Assembly: GCA_964016885.1 (NCBI GenBank)
Contig: OZ024742.1
Coordinates: 106,268,001-106,332,000, forward strand
Length of the DNA stretch: 64,000 bases
Direction of reading: 5' to 3'
Source of the DNA: Eledone cirrhosa
Taxonomy: Eukaryota
This document shows positions 28,331 through 43,905 of the stretch, one piece after another. Numbering within the stretch: position 1 is the stretch's first letter; the number at the start of each line of letters is the position of its first letter. A program made the position numbers and the translations under genes. Under the pieces are notes generated by a model. It ran no database searches and was not told the origin of the DNA. It was given only the letters and a program-made list of their open reading frames with translations.

Positions 28331-29007
28331 TTACCTAGTAGTTGAGGTGTTAAACTTACGATCATAATATCCCGAGTTCGATTCAGTTCTCCTGCCAGTC
28401 TGAAGTATGCATGGTGCATGTATGTCACCAATTCTTATTTCTTCTGGCAATATATGCTCTAAAATAAACTTCTTTTCCAAACCTAGTCGTATAGAATGCT
28501 GTAGATCTAATTAGAGAATCTTACGTCATTGGATAAAGTGACAACGTTTGTATTTTGCAGAGGCAGTATAAGACAGAAGCATCATTGGGTTGTTTATTTT
28601 TCTTGACAGAAATAAAATAAATTAAAATAACATTAGTTATTAACAACTATTTTTCTTTCTCTCACCACATAGATATTTCGAATTAGATTTTTAATACTCA
28701 AGCAGCGAACATTGTTAGAATCTCGAGTAGATTACTTCGCGGTATCCGTTCCGTCTCTCTGCGGTTTTTTAGTTCAAATCCCGTGGAGGACAACTTTGCC
28801 TTTCATCCTTTCGAGTTCGAAAAATAGTACCAAACCAGTACTAGGGTCGTTTATTCTTCTCTATCTATTTATCACTCCCCCTCTCTCTCCTCTGGAAAAA
28901 ACGAATGCGTTCAGACCAGGAGAGTGGACAGGCTTAAAGTGACTCAAGACACGTCATAATTCACAACGGTGCCCCCATTACTCCATCAGGAGTATATATA
29001 TATAAAT

Positions 29008-29046
<39 letters not shown>

Positions 29047-30705
29047 AAACTTACGCATAGTCGCTGATTGGTAGATTCCCAGTAAAGCAATCTAAAACAA
29101 GAAAATATCACTACCATCTTTCCTTGTGGGTTGTTGCCTAGTTAGGAAAGATAAAAGTAGACGTTCTCTTGTTTTCCTTGTTGCAGTTTCCAGAACCAAA
29201 AAAACAACGTATACCTTTCTTTCAATTAGATATATTTTAGCGATCTGTATACATATTTTAATACTCCCGCATTAAATACAGTATCATTAGCCTGGTTATA
29301 TAACGTTACATTGTGTATCAAGCTTAAACTGATTAATATAAAGCAACCCGTTCTTATACGCTCAATTGATAGCTCTACAAGACAGAATATAGTTCTAAAT
29401 TATTAAGCTGAATGAATTTCAGATTAATTACTTCACAGATTCATATGCTGATTGGAGATATATTTGCAGTACTTACAATAACTGTGAGAACTGTAATTGG
29501 CCTGTATGGTAAGTGGTCAGAGTACAGACTAAAGTTAGTGAAAGTTCGTATTTCATCAATGCTCTATCGACTGTCGAAATATTCAGCATTTTAATCTCAT
29601 AGTCTAGTTATCAATGAATAAATAGCTTGCACTTATATAGATAGCGCTGCACGCAGTGTTGCGGTTATATCCTTACATAGCTATGACTACGAAGAAGTTA
29701 CTATAAATTAAACGAGTTCGAGCACCAAAGATTTTAATCTATGATCCGATATTTTGATATCAACAGAGGAAAGGATACTAGCCCCCATCTTGTGCGAGGA
29801 GGTTTCATTCCTTTTATGAAGGTTTGTAGTTTGACATTGCCCCTAAATACAGCACATCCAAATATAAATTATGATGTGCTATCTGAACTATTAATTACAG
29901 TTACTAAATATTATTAGAATATAACAAAGGTATTGATTTCTTTTGACGAAGTATAAATATGATTAAATGGAGTCATCCTGAGTGTATTACTGTTACAGGT
30001 ACTGCTTTGTCTTACTTTTCCATTTACCTGCAATCCTGGTGGATTCATAGGGGGTGGATTCAAGTGTCTTAGGCACTTTAAACCTGGCAGAGCCTATCTC
30101 CACTCCAGGTCAGAACACAGCCAATTGCTTTCAGAGGAGCGAGTGTGATAGAGAAAGGAAGTGAGAAAGAAATATAGGGGAATGATAGATCCTAGTACTA
30201 GACTGGTACATTTTTATCGATTTTAAAAGAATGAAAGTCGAAGTTGAGCTCAGTGGGATTCGAACGCAGAGCGTAGAGAGCCTAAACATATACTGCAAAG
30301 CATTCTATCTGACCTTCTAACGACTCTGCTAATTCACTGTCTACTGCTTTATAAGGAGCAACACATAAACAGTTTTTTGTGGGTTTTTGTCTTTTTTTCC
30401 CCTTTTCTTTTACTTAGCACAACTCAAATTTTCTTTTTAAAGAAGTAAATCTCGTATTGTTACCGCCTTTTATCAACACCAGAAGGATGAAAGGTGAAGA
30501 AAATTCTAACAAAATTTGAACCGGGAACAGAAAAGAAATATACTGTAAATGTTTCAGTCCAGTGACCCTCCAGCCTGCGTCACAAATAACTTGTTTTATT
30601 TCATGTTAACTATATTTAAGAATACATACATATATGCTCTGAGAATATGTTCAGCGCCAATACTCTTAGAGAGTGTATGAATATGTCTCCAATAACATTT
30701 TCTGC

Positions 30706-31009
<304 letters not shown>

Positions 31010-32052
31010 TAATTGTAAGCAGAAGTAGATTATGTCATTTGCTGTATATTTAGTGAATAATGTTGATATTATAATTAAAGCGTCAGACTGCGGTAGATTG
31101 GCACTGGGATTAGTCATTAGAGAAATGCTTTGCGGTATTTAGTTACGGCTCATTACGTTCTCAGTTCAAATCCCGCTGAGGTCAACTTTGCTTTTGATAC
31201 TTTAAAGGGCTAGTGATATGTGGCAGGATCTGTTTTTTTATAGTGTTTTACTAAATGAGAAATAAATTTCTTCGCTCCTCTGTAGCTACCCTCACCCACC
31301 ACCCACGATGGGACACCAACTTATGGAAATGAACGTTCCTATATAATATGCAACCTATTCTCGACAATTCAACAACTAGATGACCTGGAACAACGTATCT
31401 CCAACCTTAGAGTCTAACTTAATGCTTGGGAGAATCAGTCCAAAACTTTATCTCGTTTGAGGTGCTTGTATTTCATTTGTAAGCATTTATTTTGTGAATA
31501 ATGTTGGTAATATAAGAAAAAATAATTTCGATTCGTTAATGATACAGTTAGAAAATAAATAAACTAAATTCACAGCTAAATTACATCCATGTGAAGAGAT
31601 GTACCTCAGAAGGCAGAAAATACGTATCGGAAAATTGAAATTGAAATTATCTTTTGTTGTTGAAATCTGGATGCAATCCTTCAATATTATTATGTCTACT
31701 TCAATGTGTTTATCTCATATAGTGTTTGTTTTTCACAAATAGCATGTCCGTATTTTTCAAGTGTTGTTCAGTTGCCATAGCTATGTTTTTAATTTTGTCC
31801 TTCTTTGCAGTAAAATAATATTACGTTCATTTTTTCAGAGAATCATTCAAGGTTTATTTATAAGACATTTAGGTACGACACTTATTTTCTGAATATCTGG
31901 GGTTGATGTTTGTAAGATTAGCGGAAATAATTGGATTCGAAGATTGAAAATAGAGTTAGCATAATTCACCGATGTTTTCTGACAGGAGTTGCAGCGAGAT
32001 CACTTCTGTACTGAAACTTAAAAGGAATCACTAGCTCATAGTTGCTCAATAT

Positions 32053-32247
32053 CAGACCTATCAACTCTCCCCGTCCGGCAGGGAGATCTCCCACCCATTT
32101 TAGTGTGTAAGAGAGATGTCTTCTCTTGTGAAAATGGGTATAGCTTTCATTGTGTAAAATCTCCCCATTTTGCTTCATTTCTCCCTATTTTGGGGCACTT
32201 TTTTCATGGTACTCCCTGTTTTGGGTTTTTAGAGGTTGGGAGTTCTG
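32053..32247. mobile_element. Possible old MITE
   Basis: Imperfect TIRs CAGACCTATCAAC / GTTGGGAGTTCTG; no clean TSD. Confidence 0.3.
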
Positions 32248-32574
32248 CAATACACTCACAAATAGGGAACAGAAATATGATAATTCAAAGCGTTTTATCT
32301 ATACCTAGGTTTTAATTATAGCATAGCAAAAGGGACGTTTCTACGACATCGATACACTGCTGTTGTCGCTTTAAACAATTTAAGTTATTAATATAACAAT
32401 TATGTAATTACTAATTCTATAAAAACACGATACTTTTCATTTCATTCATATAACAATCAGGGAAATGGTCTAGAACAAAGCTGGAGATTACCACAATCTA
32501 AATTATATTGCTGCCTTAGACTGAATTCTAAAAGTCAAGATTAACATATGAAATTAATGTTCTACAAAATCAAA

Positions 32575-32830
32575 CAACTGGAGTGCAAGTTCTTAAAATT
32601 TCAAAATAACAGCATTGGTTCTATACTGCTCAAGTGAAGGATATACCTGTCCAATAGGAGATGAATTTTCACATGCACCATCAATGGACATTGTTCTCAA
32701 TGAGACATATCATTATATAACTAGTTGTCTCAGGCCTACTAGCAGTAACAATCATTATCAGGTGGCTGACATTGCTCCATGTGATGTTGGGAATGTTATT
32801 GCCAGCAAATCTGAAAATAGAGATATTTGA
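32575..32830 (+). mobile_element. Degraded LINE RT/connection fragment (I-group, possibly ingi/Vingi-like)
   Basis: TALVLYCSSEGYTCPI..SHAPSMDIVLNETYHYITSCLRPT..YQVADIAP resembles the AEY.CPVW..LN.T.R.ITGCL.PT..L.GIAP region. Confidence 0.5.
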
Positions 32831-33356
32831 AGTCATATTCAACAAATACTAAAAAAAAAGAAGAAAATTAAAGATTAAAATCGTGTTTCTAAATAACAAA
32901 TGTTCCAGTAGATGTTTCTAAAAATCTATTAGCATATAATTGTGGAAATAAGAAGTGTTAAATATTTCACTACCAATGTACAATATAGAGTTAGATATAT
33001 AGTATGTTAACGAACTCGGAGTCCACATATAATGTGACACTTCATTGGATTTGGATTTGCAAAAGATACTTAACAGAAATGGAATACTCTTTCTATGAGT
33101 AGAACAGTCTAAATCATGAGCCACATGTTAGTTTGTCCATTACTGGATCCTCGTTATTTGTCGGATGATTTGGAAAATAATACAAAAAGCACAAAATGTT
33201 GATAATATCAGAGAGATGTTTTGTTCATATTCTGAAATTGTGTCTGTAGATACGCCCATCAAATGGAAACTGGAAACACGATAAAGAAACTAATTATCAG
33301 GTCGTCCCATTCACCTAAATTTTAAATCTATGAACATGTCAATATTTGTAGGAACA

Positions 33357-33562
33357 AGGTGGGGTGGATTAACAGTATCGGTAGAGCTCGGACAACATAG
33401 AGTTACGTCCCTTTACGTTCTGATTTCAAATCCCACTGAGGTTAAATTTGCCTTTCATCCTTACGGGATCGATTAAATAAAGTCCCAATAACCTACTGAG
33501 GTTATTTAATCGACTTTCCCCTCCACCAAAATTGCTGGCCTTGTGCCTAATTCAGAAACCAA
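33357..33562 (+). mobile_element. SINE family A
   Basis: Consensus match. Confidence 0.8.
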
Positions 33563-35195
33563 TGTTTGGAGGAAGAAAGGTAACAAAATGGATCACACAG
33601 TGAGGTGTTTAGTTGTTGTTGTTTTTCTATCTACGTTTCTAGTTTAAATTATGCTTGGATCGACATGGTCATTTTGAAAATAGAAATGGAGACATCTTCA
33701 TATGCTGACATATTTCAAGTTCTAGTAACGCATAAGTGAAAGTGATTTTCAATTCAGCTATAAACGTTTCATAATAATCGCAAAATAAACGAATGTATAA
33801 GGAATTCGACGGTATACTCTGGTGCATTATGTTTAAATTCATAATATGTATGTTGTTATGCCTTGGGAGAGGAGCACTGAAACATAACGAGTTATAAATC
33901 TTATATATGCATGCATGTATGCGCGCGCGCGTGTGTGTGTGTGTGTGTGTGAGTGTGTGTGAGTGTATCCCTTAGATATTATTATATCTGTCTAATCTTT
34001 ATTCAGGGTCAGTAAGAATCATCTTTCACACGTATAGTTTCTTTTAAATTACGATATAATATTTCAATCGTGCTCTAAAGTCTCTTTACCCACTGCAGAA
34101 TACAGAATACAGATATTGCAAAACACATCAGTTGTGACACAACGGATATATAAAATATTACATTTACTGAAAATTCTAGAAAACTAAAGCAAAGGCCAAC
34201 TGATGTCAAAAGATGTTTAGAAAAACTAAAAATTAAGAGCTATATTATGTACGCCCAGTATAAATATATATATATATATGAAGGGAGGGCGACGCCCAGT
34301 GTATGTATACATATACAAATCGGTGAATGTATTAATATATATCATATGTCCTTAGTTGGAAAACAAAGATGGCCATATTAAAAACAGTACTCAATATATG
34401 CTGATTAATTATCAATTTGTAGAGTGTAATGTAATTTTTATTTCAAACGTTACTTTATGACAGGATTTGATAGTTTTGCCCCACCCTTGGCTAGCTCTTC
34501 GTGGATGTAACTGGAAACGATGCCAGATATTGATGTTCGAAGAAAAGTTACCCTTTATTATAATTATACTATCATTCGCAACCCCACCACCACTGTTAAT
34601 ATTGTTATAATCATCATCATCCTCATCATCATTATTGCCTTTGTTGTTGTCTCCCCTTTAGCGTTGCAACGATTTTCAGATTGAAATGCATCGGATGTCT
34701 GTCGGTAGCAATAACAGATTTTTTATGTATTTTATCCTAACTTGTTTTATATTCTTTGATAAGTGATTGATGGTGGAGAATGGGAGGGGGGAGGGGTAAA
34801 GAGATAATTAGAAAATTTGAAATACAGGTGAGCTAGTGGCATCTTTACCTGTAATGTCGTCGAGTGTATTATAAAGGCCTTCCAACTGTATCGAATTACT
34901 AAAATCATATACGACAAACTGATATTTCTTAAATAGGGATCAGAGGTGATGTCTCAGTTTCTAGGTAGAAGCAGAGTTTTAAAAAGGGCTGGGGAAGGTG
35001 AGAGGAAAGCCAACTTCTTTATTGTGCAATATTTATTCTTTATCTAGCGTATTTTCTCCACTTTTCTTTCCTTTCTTTGGAAAGAATTTTCTAGAGAATA
35101 ACGGGAATTGCGGCTGTAGTTGTAATTGTTGTTATTTAGTCCCAAGTAAACTCTTAATAAGCAGATGTGTTCTAGCCATGATTATAGAGCCTGTT

Positions 35196-35243
<48 letters not shown>

Positions 35244-35318
35244 TGGAACAACGTGAAATGAAGTGTTTTTCCCAAGAACGTAGTGCGCTATCCGGTTCAA
35301 GAATCGAACACAAGACAT

Positions 35319-35363
<45 letters not shown>

Positions 35364-36924
35364 AAATGACTATCGAAGACAGAAGAGTATGGTTTATAAA
35401 TTTGATTGCTATTTCTAGAGAATCGTACGACCAGGTAAAGGCTTTCTCATTGGCTCGATGTTGTAGTTGTTATTGTAGTTATTGTCATTGTTATTACACT
35501 ATTCTTTAAAGAAAGGTAACACCGTGCTCCTTAATCAACTAAAACTGAATTCATATAGCTGGATCATATTTCAGAATTAATGCCGTTACTTTTCGATTTG
35601 TGTGAATCGAGAGATGCGTAGAAATGAAGGAAACAAATAACAAAAATATTAAAATATAAAATAAAATAAATGTGGTTGGTGGAAGGGAGTCAAGTTGATT
35701 GATAAATCATTTTCGTCGATAACCTGTATCAGGTGGCAAATACAAAAATAAACACTGAAAAATTGCAATAATTAGCAAGACAATAATTTTGGTGTCGCCT
35801 ATATTTCTAAAGTTAGCAGTTAGTTGATGGTATATAACAGACATAGAGTGGTGTGACAGGTGGGCAGGTGTGTGGTTATCTAGGCTGATATTTAGATCCG
35901 TCTCTCATTTCGAGGATAGGAAGCTTTCTGTCAGACACACCAATACAGCATGTATCAACTGAGCTATCTCCGACCCACATTTTATTAATTCCGGTGTACT
36001 CCTCAAGGTTGGCTAATGTCACCCACACCGTTACTTCTGTACATTAATGACCTAATTACACTTTAATTCTAAAAACACACCCAACACACACTAATCTTCT
36101 CACCTCATGCGGATTGAATATTACGCATTTTGATACACATTTCTATGTAGATAATGATTTGTAAATTTGACACAAGGCTAGCAATTTAGGTGTAAGGGTA
36201 AGTCAAATACTCAAATACATTGACCATAATAACACATTATATCATCGACCTCGGAAGGACGAAAGTCGAAGATGTCCTCAGCAGGATTTGAGCTCAGAAC
36301 GTAAGCAATCTTAACTAAATGTGGCAAAGCATTTTGTCTGATGCACAACTGATACTGCTAATCCACCGCCTTTCCTATGCAAATAATACTTCTCTTTACT
36401 TCAGCACCCAGGCATCGTCCGTATGTAACTTAAACAGCTCCTGCTAGATATACACTGAATCCATTGATAGTGGCCTTGAAAGGGGGAGTGGGAATATTGT
36501 TCCTTTCAACATAGAAAGGACTCAATCGCTGCACATATCAAGATAACTGCCTTGTACATCACTCCCTCGAGCGGGGATTAACATTTAAAAGAAGCATGTA
36601 TACATAGATGCATACATAAATACATAGATACATACAGAGATACATACACACATACATACATACATACATACATACATACATACATACATACATACATACA
36701 TACATACATACATACATACATACATTTCAAGTAAAGGTAAAATAATGTAGTAGCGGTCTCCAAGGTCAATACTTTAGTTTTGCAAGTACGTAACATCTAT
36801 ATCGAAGACCAAGTTAAACTCTATGTGTTAAAAGCTACATCTTAAGAGAAACTGAGTTGTCTGTCTTGAAAGAGTTATTCAAGTAGTTGAGGACATGAAT
36901 AACTCTTTCAAGGAGTGGTGATCA

Positions 36925-37275
36925 GAGCTTGTTTGAATGATTAAAAAGTTCGCTTCGCTTTGCAATCATTAGGTCCCGGGTTCGATTCCACAGCGCGATA
37001 TCTCGGGTATGTGTCAACAATGACAGTTCCAGGTCGATCCACGCCTTGTGAATGAAATTGGGTAGACGGAAACTGTTGAGACACCGTTCCGATAGATTAT
37101 ACTTGCAATTCAAAGGGGTCAGTCTTATCATACAGTGTGCCACGTTGATTATCTCTGAGAATTATATCAAAGGTACATGTGTCTGTGGAATACTCAGCCA
37201 CTTATACGCTAATTTCATGAGCAGGCTTGTTCCGTTGATTGAATAACTAGGACACTCATCATCGAACCTGATGGG
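36925..37275 (+). mobile_element. SINE family B, near full length
   Basis: B box GGTTCGATTCC; 3' part GTGTCTGTGGAATACTCAGCCACTTA recurs at ~43050-43150 (+) and ~51160-51230 (-). Confidence 0.7.
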
Positions 37276-38018
37276 GGGTTTTTGAATTCAAATAGTTATT
37301 TTCAATAACCTTAATTTATTTGTTTTTATATGACTAATCCTTATATTTTATTTCTAAGCTATCAGAACATGTCGACTGGTATTTAAAATAATTAAGGGAA
37401 CTCCCTGAAACCTTTTCTCACCCACTAACTGTCCTATACAATATCTCTGTGAACGGAATGACTGACATATAGCTACTTTACATAAATATAATATCAATAT
37501 TTAGTGAAGTACTATAGAACTAATATTTGGTCAGTAACAATACACAAAAGGCAATAATATTTGGGAATTGTGATACAAAATGTATTGGTTATACTTTATA
37601 GGGGACTTCATCACAAAAGCAACACTTCAATAGCTGAAACTGGTAAAAAGAATAAAAGAATCTATAGTATGTAAACACTATTAGACATTGTAAACACTCC
37701 TTGAGAGAAAAAAGGAACAGCAGGCGCAATGAAGGGATTTGAACTAAGTATCAATTTCTATCTGATACAGAGCCTCATTATTCCATCATCACATATTAGT
37801 CGCTAAAAACATTTACTGCTATGTACTCACTTGTATTATTCTATTACTACAGGCATCTCAGTTACTGCACTGATAATTCGTCATGCATCAGTCATTACAT
37901 CTAACTATCGGAAATAGACACCACATTTTCCAGGAATTCTATATATCACTCTAGAAAGGCTGGCATCGTATATCTCCTGTATACGACGCCAGTCATTCCA
38001 GCCCTGCACGATGTTGAC

Positions 38019-38551
38019 TTTCTAAAGTAATAAAGTGACATGTCTGGACGCTATGTATTTTCTAAAGTATTTAAGTGGCATCCCTGGTCGCTATGGTTTC
38101 TCTAGAGTAATATCATGACACCCCTGGGCGTTATGGTTTCTCTAGAGTAATATCGTGACACCCCTGGGTGCTATAGATTTTCTAAAGTAATAAAGTGATA
38201 TCCATGGACGATGTTGTCTTTCTAGAGTAATAAAGCGACATCTCTGTAAGCTATGGTATTTCTAGAGTAATAAGATGACATAACCGAAAGCTATGGTCTT
38301 TCTAGAGTAATAAGGTGATATCCCCGAACGCTATGGTCTTTCTAGAGTAATAAGGTGATATCCCCGAATGCTATGGTCTTTCTAGAGTAATAAGGTGATA
38401 TCCCCGAACGCTATGGTCTTTCTAGAGTAATAAGGTGATATCCCCGAATGCTATGGTCTTTCTAGAGTAATAAGGTGATATCCCCGAATGCTATGGTCTT
38501 TCTAGAGTAATAAGGTGATATCCCCGAACGCTATGGTCTTTCTAGAGTAAT
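38019..38551. repeat. 40-bp minisatellite, about 13 units
   Basis: Unit TCTAGAGTAATAAGGTGATATCCCCGAA(C/T)GCTATGGTCTT; right-hand units nearly identical, left-hand units diverged. Confidence 0.95.
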
Positions 38552-39033
38552 ATTGATGCTCGAACGATGTGGTCTTTTTAGAAAAATATGGTGACAGGTG
38601 ACAGTTTTATGTTTTATCAAAAGACGAAGTGCAGCACCCATATTTTTCACGACCTTAAGACCGATAAACAAAGGGAGATCAGAGATCTCGTTCAAATGAT
38701 TACAACAGTTTAGAGACTTTTGAAAGTAAACACAAGGAATATGTAGTAGTGTTAAAGAAGATGGCACATTATTAAAATCTACTACCTAAATGATATGTCT
38801 TTGACCTAACGAGCACTCACTTTTACGTCAGGATTTTGCGTTTTGAGTCCGAAACCCGCCGAGGGTAGCTTTGCTTTTCATCTTTCTGAGTTCAATAAAA
38901 TAAAACATTAGGGTCGGTATAATCGACATTCACCTCCCACCAAATATTTTTTGCCTTGTGACTATGTTAGAAAGCTTCATTATTTTAATTATTGTAATTA
39001 TATATATATATATATATATTTAAAATAGAAATG

Positions 39034-39216
<183 letters not shown>

Positions 39217-40017
39217 AAATGAAGCAACGGAGTCAGAAACTCACTATATATAACAAATTAGACAAAATTGAATTTGTGCTAGCCGGCCGAATTTTCAACG
39301 CGCTCAAAAATTTTACGGAACTTCATTTCCGAGGTGCAACCCAGTAATTGAGAGCGTACAACACAATTAGCTAGTCAGAGGCAAAATAGATGTTATGTGG
39401 GAGCGTCATACAAATCTGCTCCGGAGAATGTTTTTAAGCATATTGAATGTATATATACATATAAATGGTCGTTTTGGAAGCCTCAACAATGCAGATGGGC
39501 AAATCTCCGAGTAACAGAATCAGGTGGTAATGAGAAAGAAATGTAAGAGAAAGCGTAGAAAGAGACGTAGAGAGCGTAAAAAATAATAACACGAGATAGA
39601 GTTACCTTGGAAGTGATTTAATAGTCCCTATATTTCGAATTTCACATCCATCAACTGGGGGTTTTCCGATGGGAAAAAGTTATGTCGGTGGCCTCCGCTG
39701 TTTGCCGTGTGCATATATTATATATATATATACATTATACATTCAATATGCTTTAAAACATTCTGTTTGTTTTCTAAGAAGACTTTAAAAAAAACAATAA
39801 AATATAAACTAAATAAAAAGAAAACAAATTGTTGTAGGAAATTGAAGCCAAGGGAAATCTGTGACATTAATAAGGATACACATGTTGAGAATAAAACTAA
39901 AACAGTAATTTTGTTATGAGGTTCTCTTAGCTGGGTTACTGTCTACAATGTCAAGAATTCTTGACATACTGCACCACATGCACCATTCAGGGCAGCAGCA
40001 GATGCAGCAGCAGCTGC

Positions 40018-40099
<82 letters not shown>

Positions 40100-40867
40100 A
40101 TGATGGTGGTGGTGCATTCTTTATCACCATACGAAATACTAAAGTAAACAAAGTAACAGCAGAAAAAACATCCTCACCACACATGCGTACACCATGTAAA
40201 CAGAGAACTGCACCTGATCGCACTGCAAACGCTCACACGAAACTATTGGAAATAAGACAGTAACCGGAAAATTAGGAGTTAATGAATTCTGAGGTTTTTT
40301 CATAATTTTCGCTATAGCTTAACTAGACTAAAGATTTCTATTGGCACAGACCAGTGAGTTTGATGGAAGGTCAATGTGGATTAAATCAATACCAGTATTT
40401 GACTGGTATTTTATTTTATCTAACCCGTAATGAGAAAAAACAAAGTTAACCTCTGTGGGATTTGAACTCAAAATGTAAAGCACCAGAATAAATACCACAC
40501 TGGCATTTTATCCGACGCTCTACCAATTCTACCATTCCACCATTTTTAGTTAATTAGATAGACTATTGAGCATCAACAGTAATATGTTTGAATCTATCAA
40601 ATGGCACTTCATTGTGCGAGGCAAATCTCCTTAGTGACATTCATTATAGTTTTCAACCTTTCATTTACACCGCCGGCGCACTTACAGTCATCACCCCTAT
40701 AATACGTAGAGCGCGGTAAATGAAGCGGAGCAGTCCTAATCATTTGACGAAGTATAGCATAGAATATTACGACATAAACTGATCAGCTTTAGTATATATA
40801 GCAGAGTATTTTCCACTATCAAATCATTCATAACGGGAGGAAACATGAAAGTCATCGTGTCTTACAT

Positions 40868-41400
40868 GATATCAATGTAGATGTGCTCCCAGGGGTATAT
40901 CCTGAGACCTACACTTTTCCTGCTGTTTATCAATGGTCTCTCTAACTAAGTAATAAACTCTTTTGGTAACTCATTTATTGTTGATCACACTTTATAGTTC
41001 TCCCCGCTAAAAACGTCGTACATTTGAACCTAAAAGCAAATCTTTCGAGTGACCTAATTAGGATCGTGCAATACGGAAACAAATGGTTTGTTACATTGAA
41101 TGTTTCCAAAACCAACCTAGTATTTTTTCACCACCATCGTAAAATTCATGATTTTACCCTGTTTATTATCAGGAAACTGTTTTGAAGGAGCCTACTTGTT
41201 TTGATAGACACTTAAATCTTAGCTTTACACTTGATTTTAGATGAAACCTCGACGTTACATACGTTATTAGTGCGGTAACTATAATATTTTAAAACCCTAA
41301 GCTCTATTTTATCTCTACTGGGGCCGGATCCGTTCAAAAACGGAGTGCTGCTTAGAGATTTGGATACGTTCCTAACAACATTTATTCTTCAGTTTTAATA
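40868..41400 (+). mobile_element. Highly degraded LINE RT fragment
   Basis: PQG.IL.PTLFLLFIN.L motif at ~40887-40940 and W.VTLN.SKT downstream; many frameshifts. A similar GVPQG..SP..LLYINDL remnant lies at ~35987-36055. Confidence 0.55.
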
Positions 41401-43905
41401 GAATATAAAATCGAATGCATAGTCGAGTTAGGGATGATATCTGTTCGTTATTCCAGCCGCACAGACGGCATTTTGTACGCCCAGTTCTTTTTTTTTTACC
41501 ATCATTTTTATTTCCTGATCCCACAAATGTGAAAAATTCCTATCAAAACTTGGTTGGCCAAATTTTGAGAATCACAACCGTACTTACAAGTTGCAAGTCC
41601 CAGCTGATTTAGAGAATATACTACTCCAGCCCCTCCCCTCGTTGTTGTCCTGTAGGCTATGATCTTCATCTTTTAGAATTCTGAATTAACAAGTATCTTA
41701 TCTAATGCTACAAGCTTCTTTCCTTTTAATATTTTAATCGCTTCATTTATTACCATCACATTTCGTTTCATTTTATTAGTTCCTTTATTGTAATTTCCCT
41801 TACCTTATTCTATTGCCATTAGGGACACGTGGAGAAGTATACTTATCAACGTTGTCCGAGGTGACTCGACATGATGATGATGATAATGTTGATTACCCAA
41901 TATGTACATCTAATTTCAATACAATAGGATTTGACTTGAGATTGGCTGCTATTTGTTGTAGAGGAAACGAACATTTTTTAATGTACAACCACCAACATTG
42001 ATGTTACCCATATTGACAGAAACATCATAACATCGGACAAATCCATTGCATCATTTAGTTACCCTCCTTTATGTACTGAGTTCAAACGCCTACAAGATAA
42101 GCTGTCCCGTTTATCGTTTTGGGGTTGATAGAATAAAGTACCAGTCACGTACCGGATTGATCTGCTCCCATTCAAATATTATCAATATTATTTTGGTTTA
42201 TGTTGTTATTGACGTCACTTTTATTCGTGCTGTTAATAATCCGTGAAGAATATTCTTATGACAGCTAGTAACTATACGATGCATGCAGTTTCACCAAGTT
42301 TCCTATTTCATACTTCACAATTATCATTAACTATTCGTAGATTATTTGATAAAGAGAGATAAACCGCTTTATTTTATAAAGGGAGAACCTGCCTCGTTAA
42401 CAACGTAGCTGTTTTGAAGTTTCGACGCTTGCTTCGTTTTTGCTTTCAACCTTATTGTTATCATTTATATATATATATCAAAATAAAGATCCGAAGGCAT
42501 GGTATAAATTTCCAATCATTTTAATCACAACACATCTTTCAATAAGAGATAGATCGATCGTGTGGCCATGAATTGTCTTCAAATCCTTGATATGAGGGAG
42601 AAAATTTAACGATGTTCACTCACTAGAGTTCTGTCCCCCATATGAAGATTAAGCAGCCAAAACACGCCGACTGCTATCTTCTTCAATTAGGGTCATAAAA
42701 CTATCAAGTCTCTATCTCTCAATAGCTGTAAAAGACGCTGGACGGGTCTAATCTCAACATCAAATCTGTAGAAATACAGTCAGTCACAGTTAGTGTGAGT
42801 GAGTACACACACACTCACACACCGACGCGAGGTCAAAGAAATATATATATATATATATATACCAACATAGTATTCACCGAAAGTTAGGTTACAAAACAAC
42901 AAATGTTATATTAGTCAAATCTCAATTTGACGATGTAAATTGGAAAAATTGGGTCAACCGCAACCCTATACACACGCAAGTAAATTCGGTTCAATGTTCT
43001 GCTATACGTGTATTGATTGAATTGTAACATCTGTGAATAAGGGTAGGTACACGTGTCTGTGGAATGCTCAATCACTTAATGTTAATTTCACGAGCAGGAT
43101 GCGCCATAGGTCAAACAAATAGTACACTCATCGTCGAAAGCGACGGAGGTCCATTAATCAGTCAATGGGATTAGAACTTGCATTAGAATTGGTATTGCAT
43201 GAATGAGAGATTGCTTCCTTCTCGTGCTATTTATCTTCTTGTACCGGTATATTTAGAAAGAACCATTCTCCCGCTACCTAGAATATGTGCAGGTTTTACC
43301 TACGCATGATGGTTAATTGCAGCTACTTGGAAGTGACCAGAGAAATTTAGATGTCTTTGGCTAAGACTCGACTTAAGCTCAGATAACAGAACACGACACC
43401 TCAATGTTTGGTAAGTAGAATGACACATAATCTTGGTTTCAGTTAACCACAGACAGATACACACACATACACTTACGCATGTAGATACACATACATACAT
43501 ACATACATACATACATACATACATACATACATACATACATACATACATACATACATACATACATACATACATACATACATACATACATACATACATACAT
43601 ACATACATACATACATACGTACGTACGTACGTACGTACGTACGTACGTACGTACGTACGTAAAAAGTGAGAGAGAATGTCGTGAGAGGAATTCAATACTT
43701 TTTCAATTGCCTGATATCTGTTGATATTACATATTGGCATTAGAAAACAAGTCATTCCCTCGTCGCATTTAAAGATGCATCCACGGGTTGTGCGTTTGAT
43801 TTCGCAATCGTGTGTCTAAATGAAAATATTTTATTTTAAATAAATATAGTGTTTGGCTACGCGTTAAAGACGACGAATTGTCAGAGTGGTGCGGAGATCC
43901 GAATA

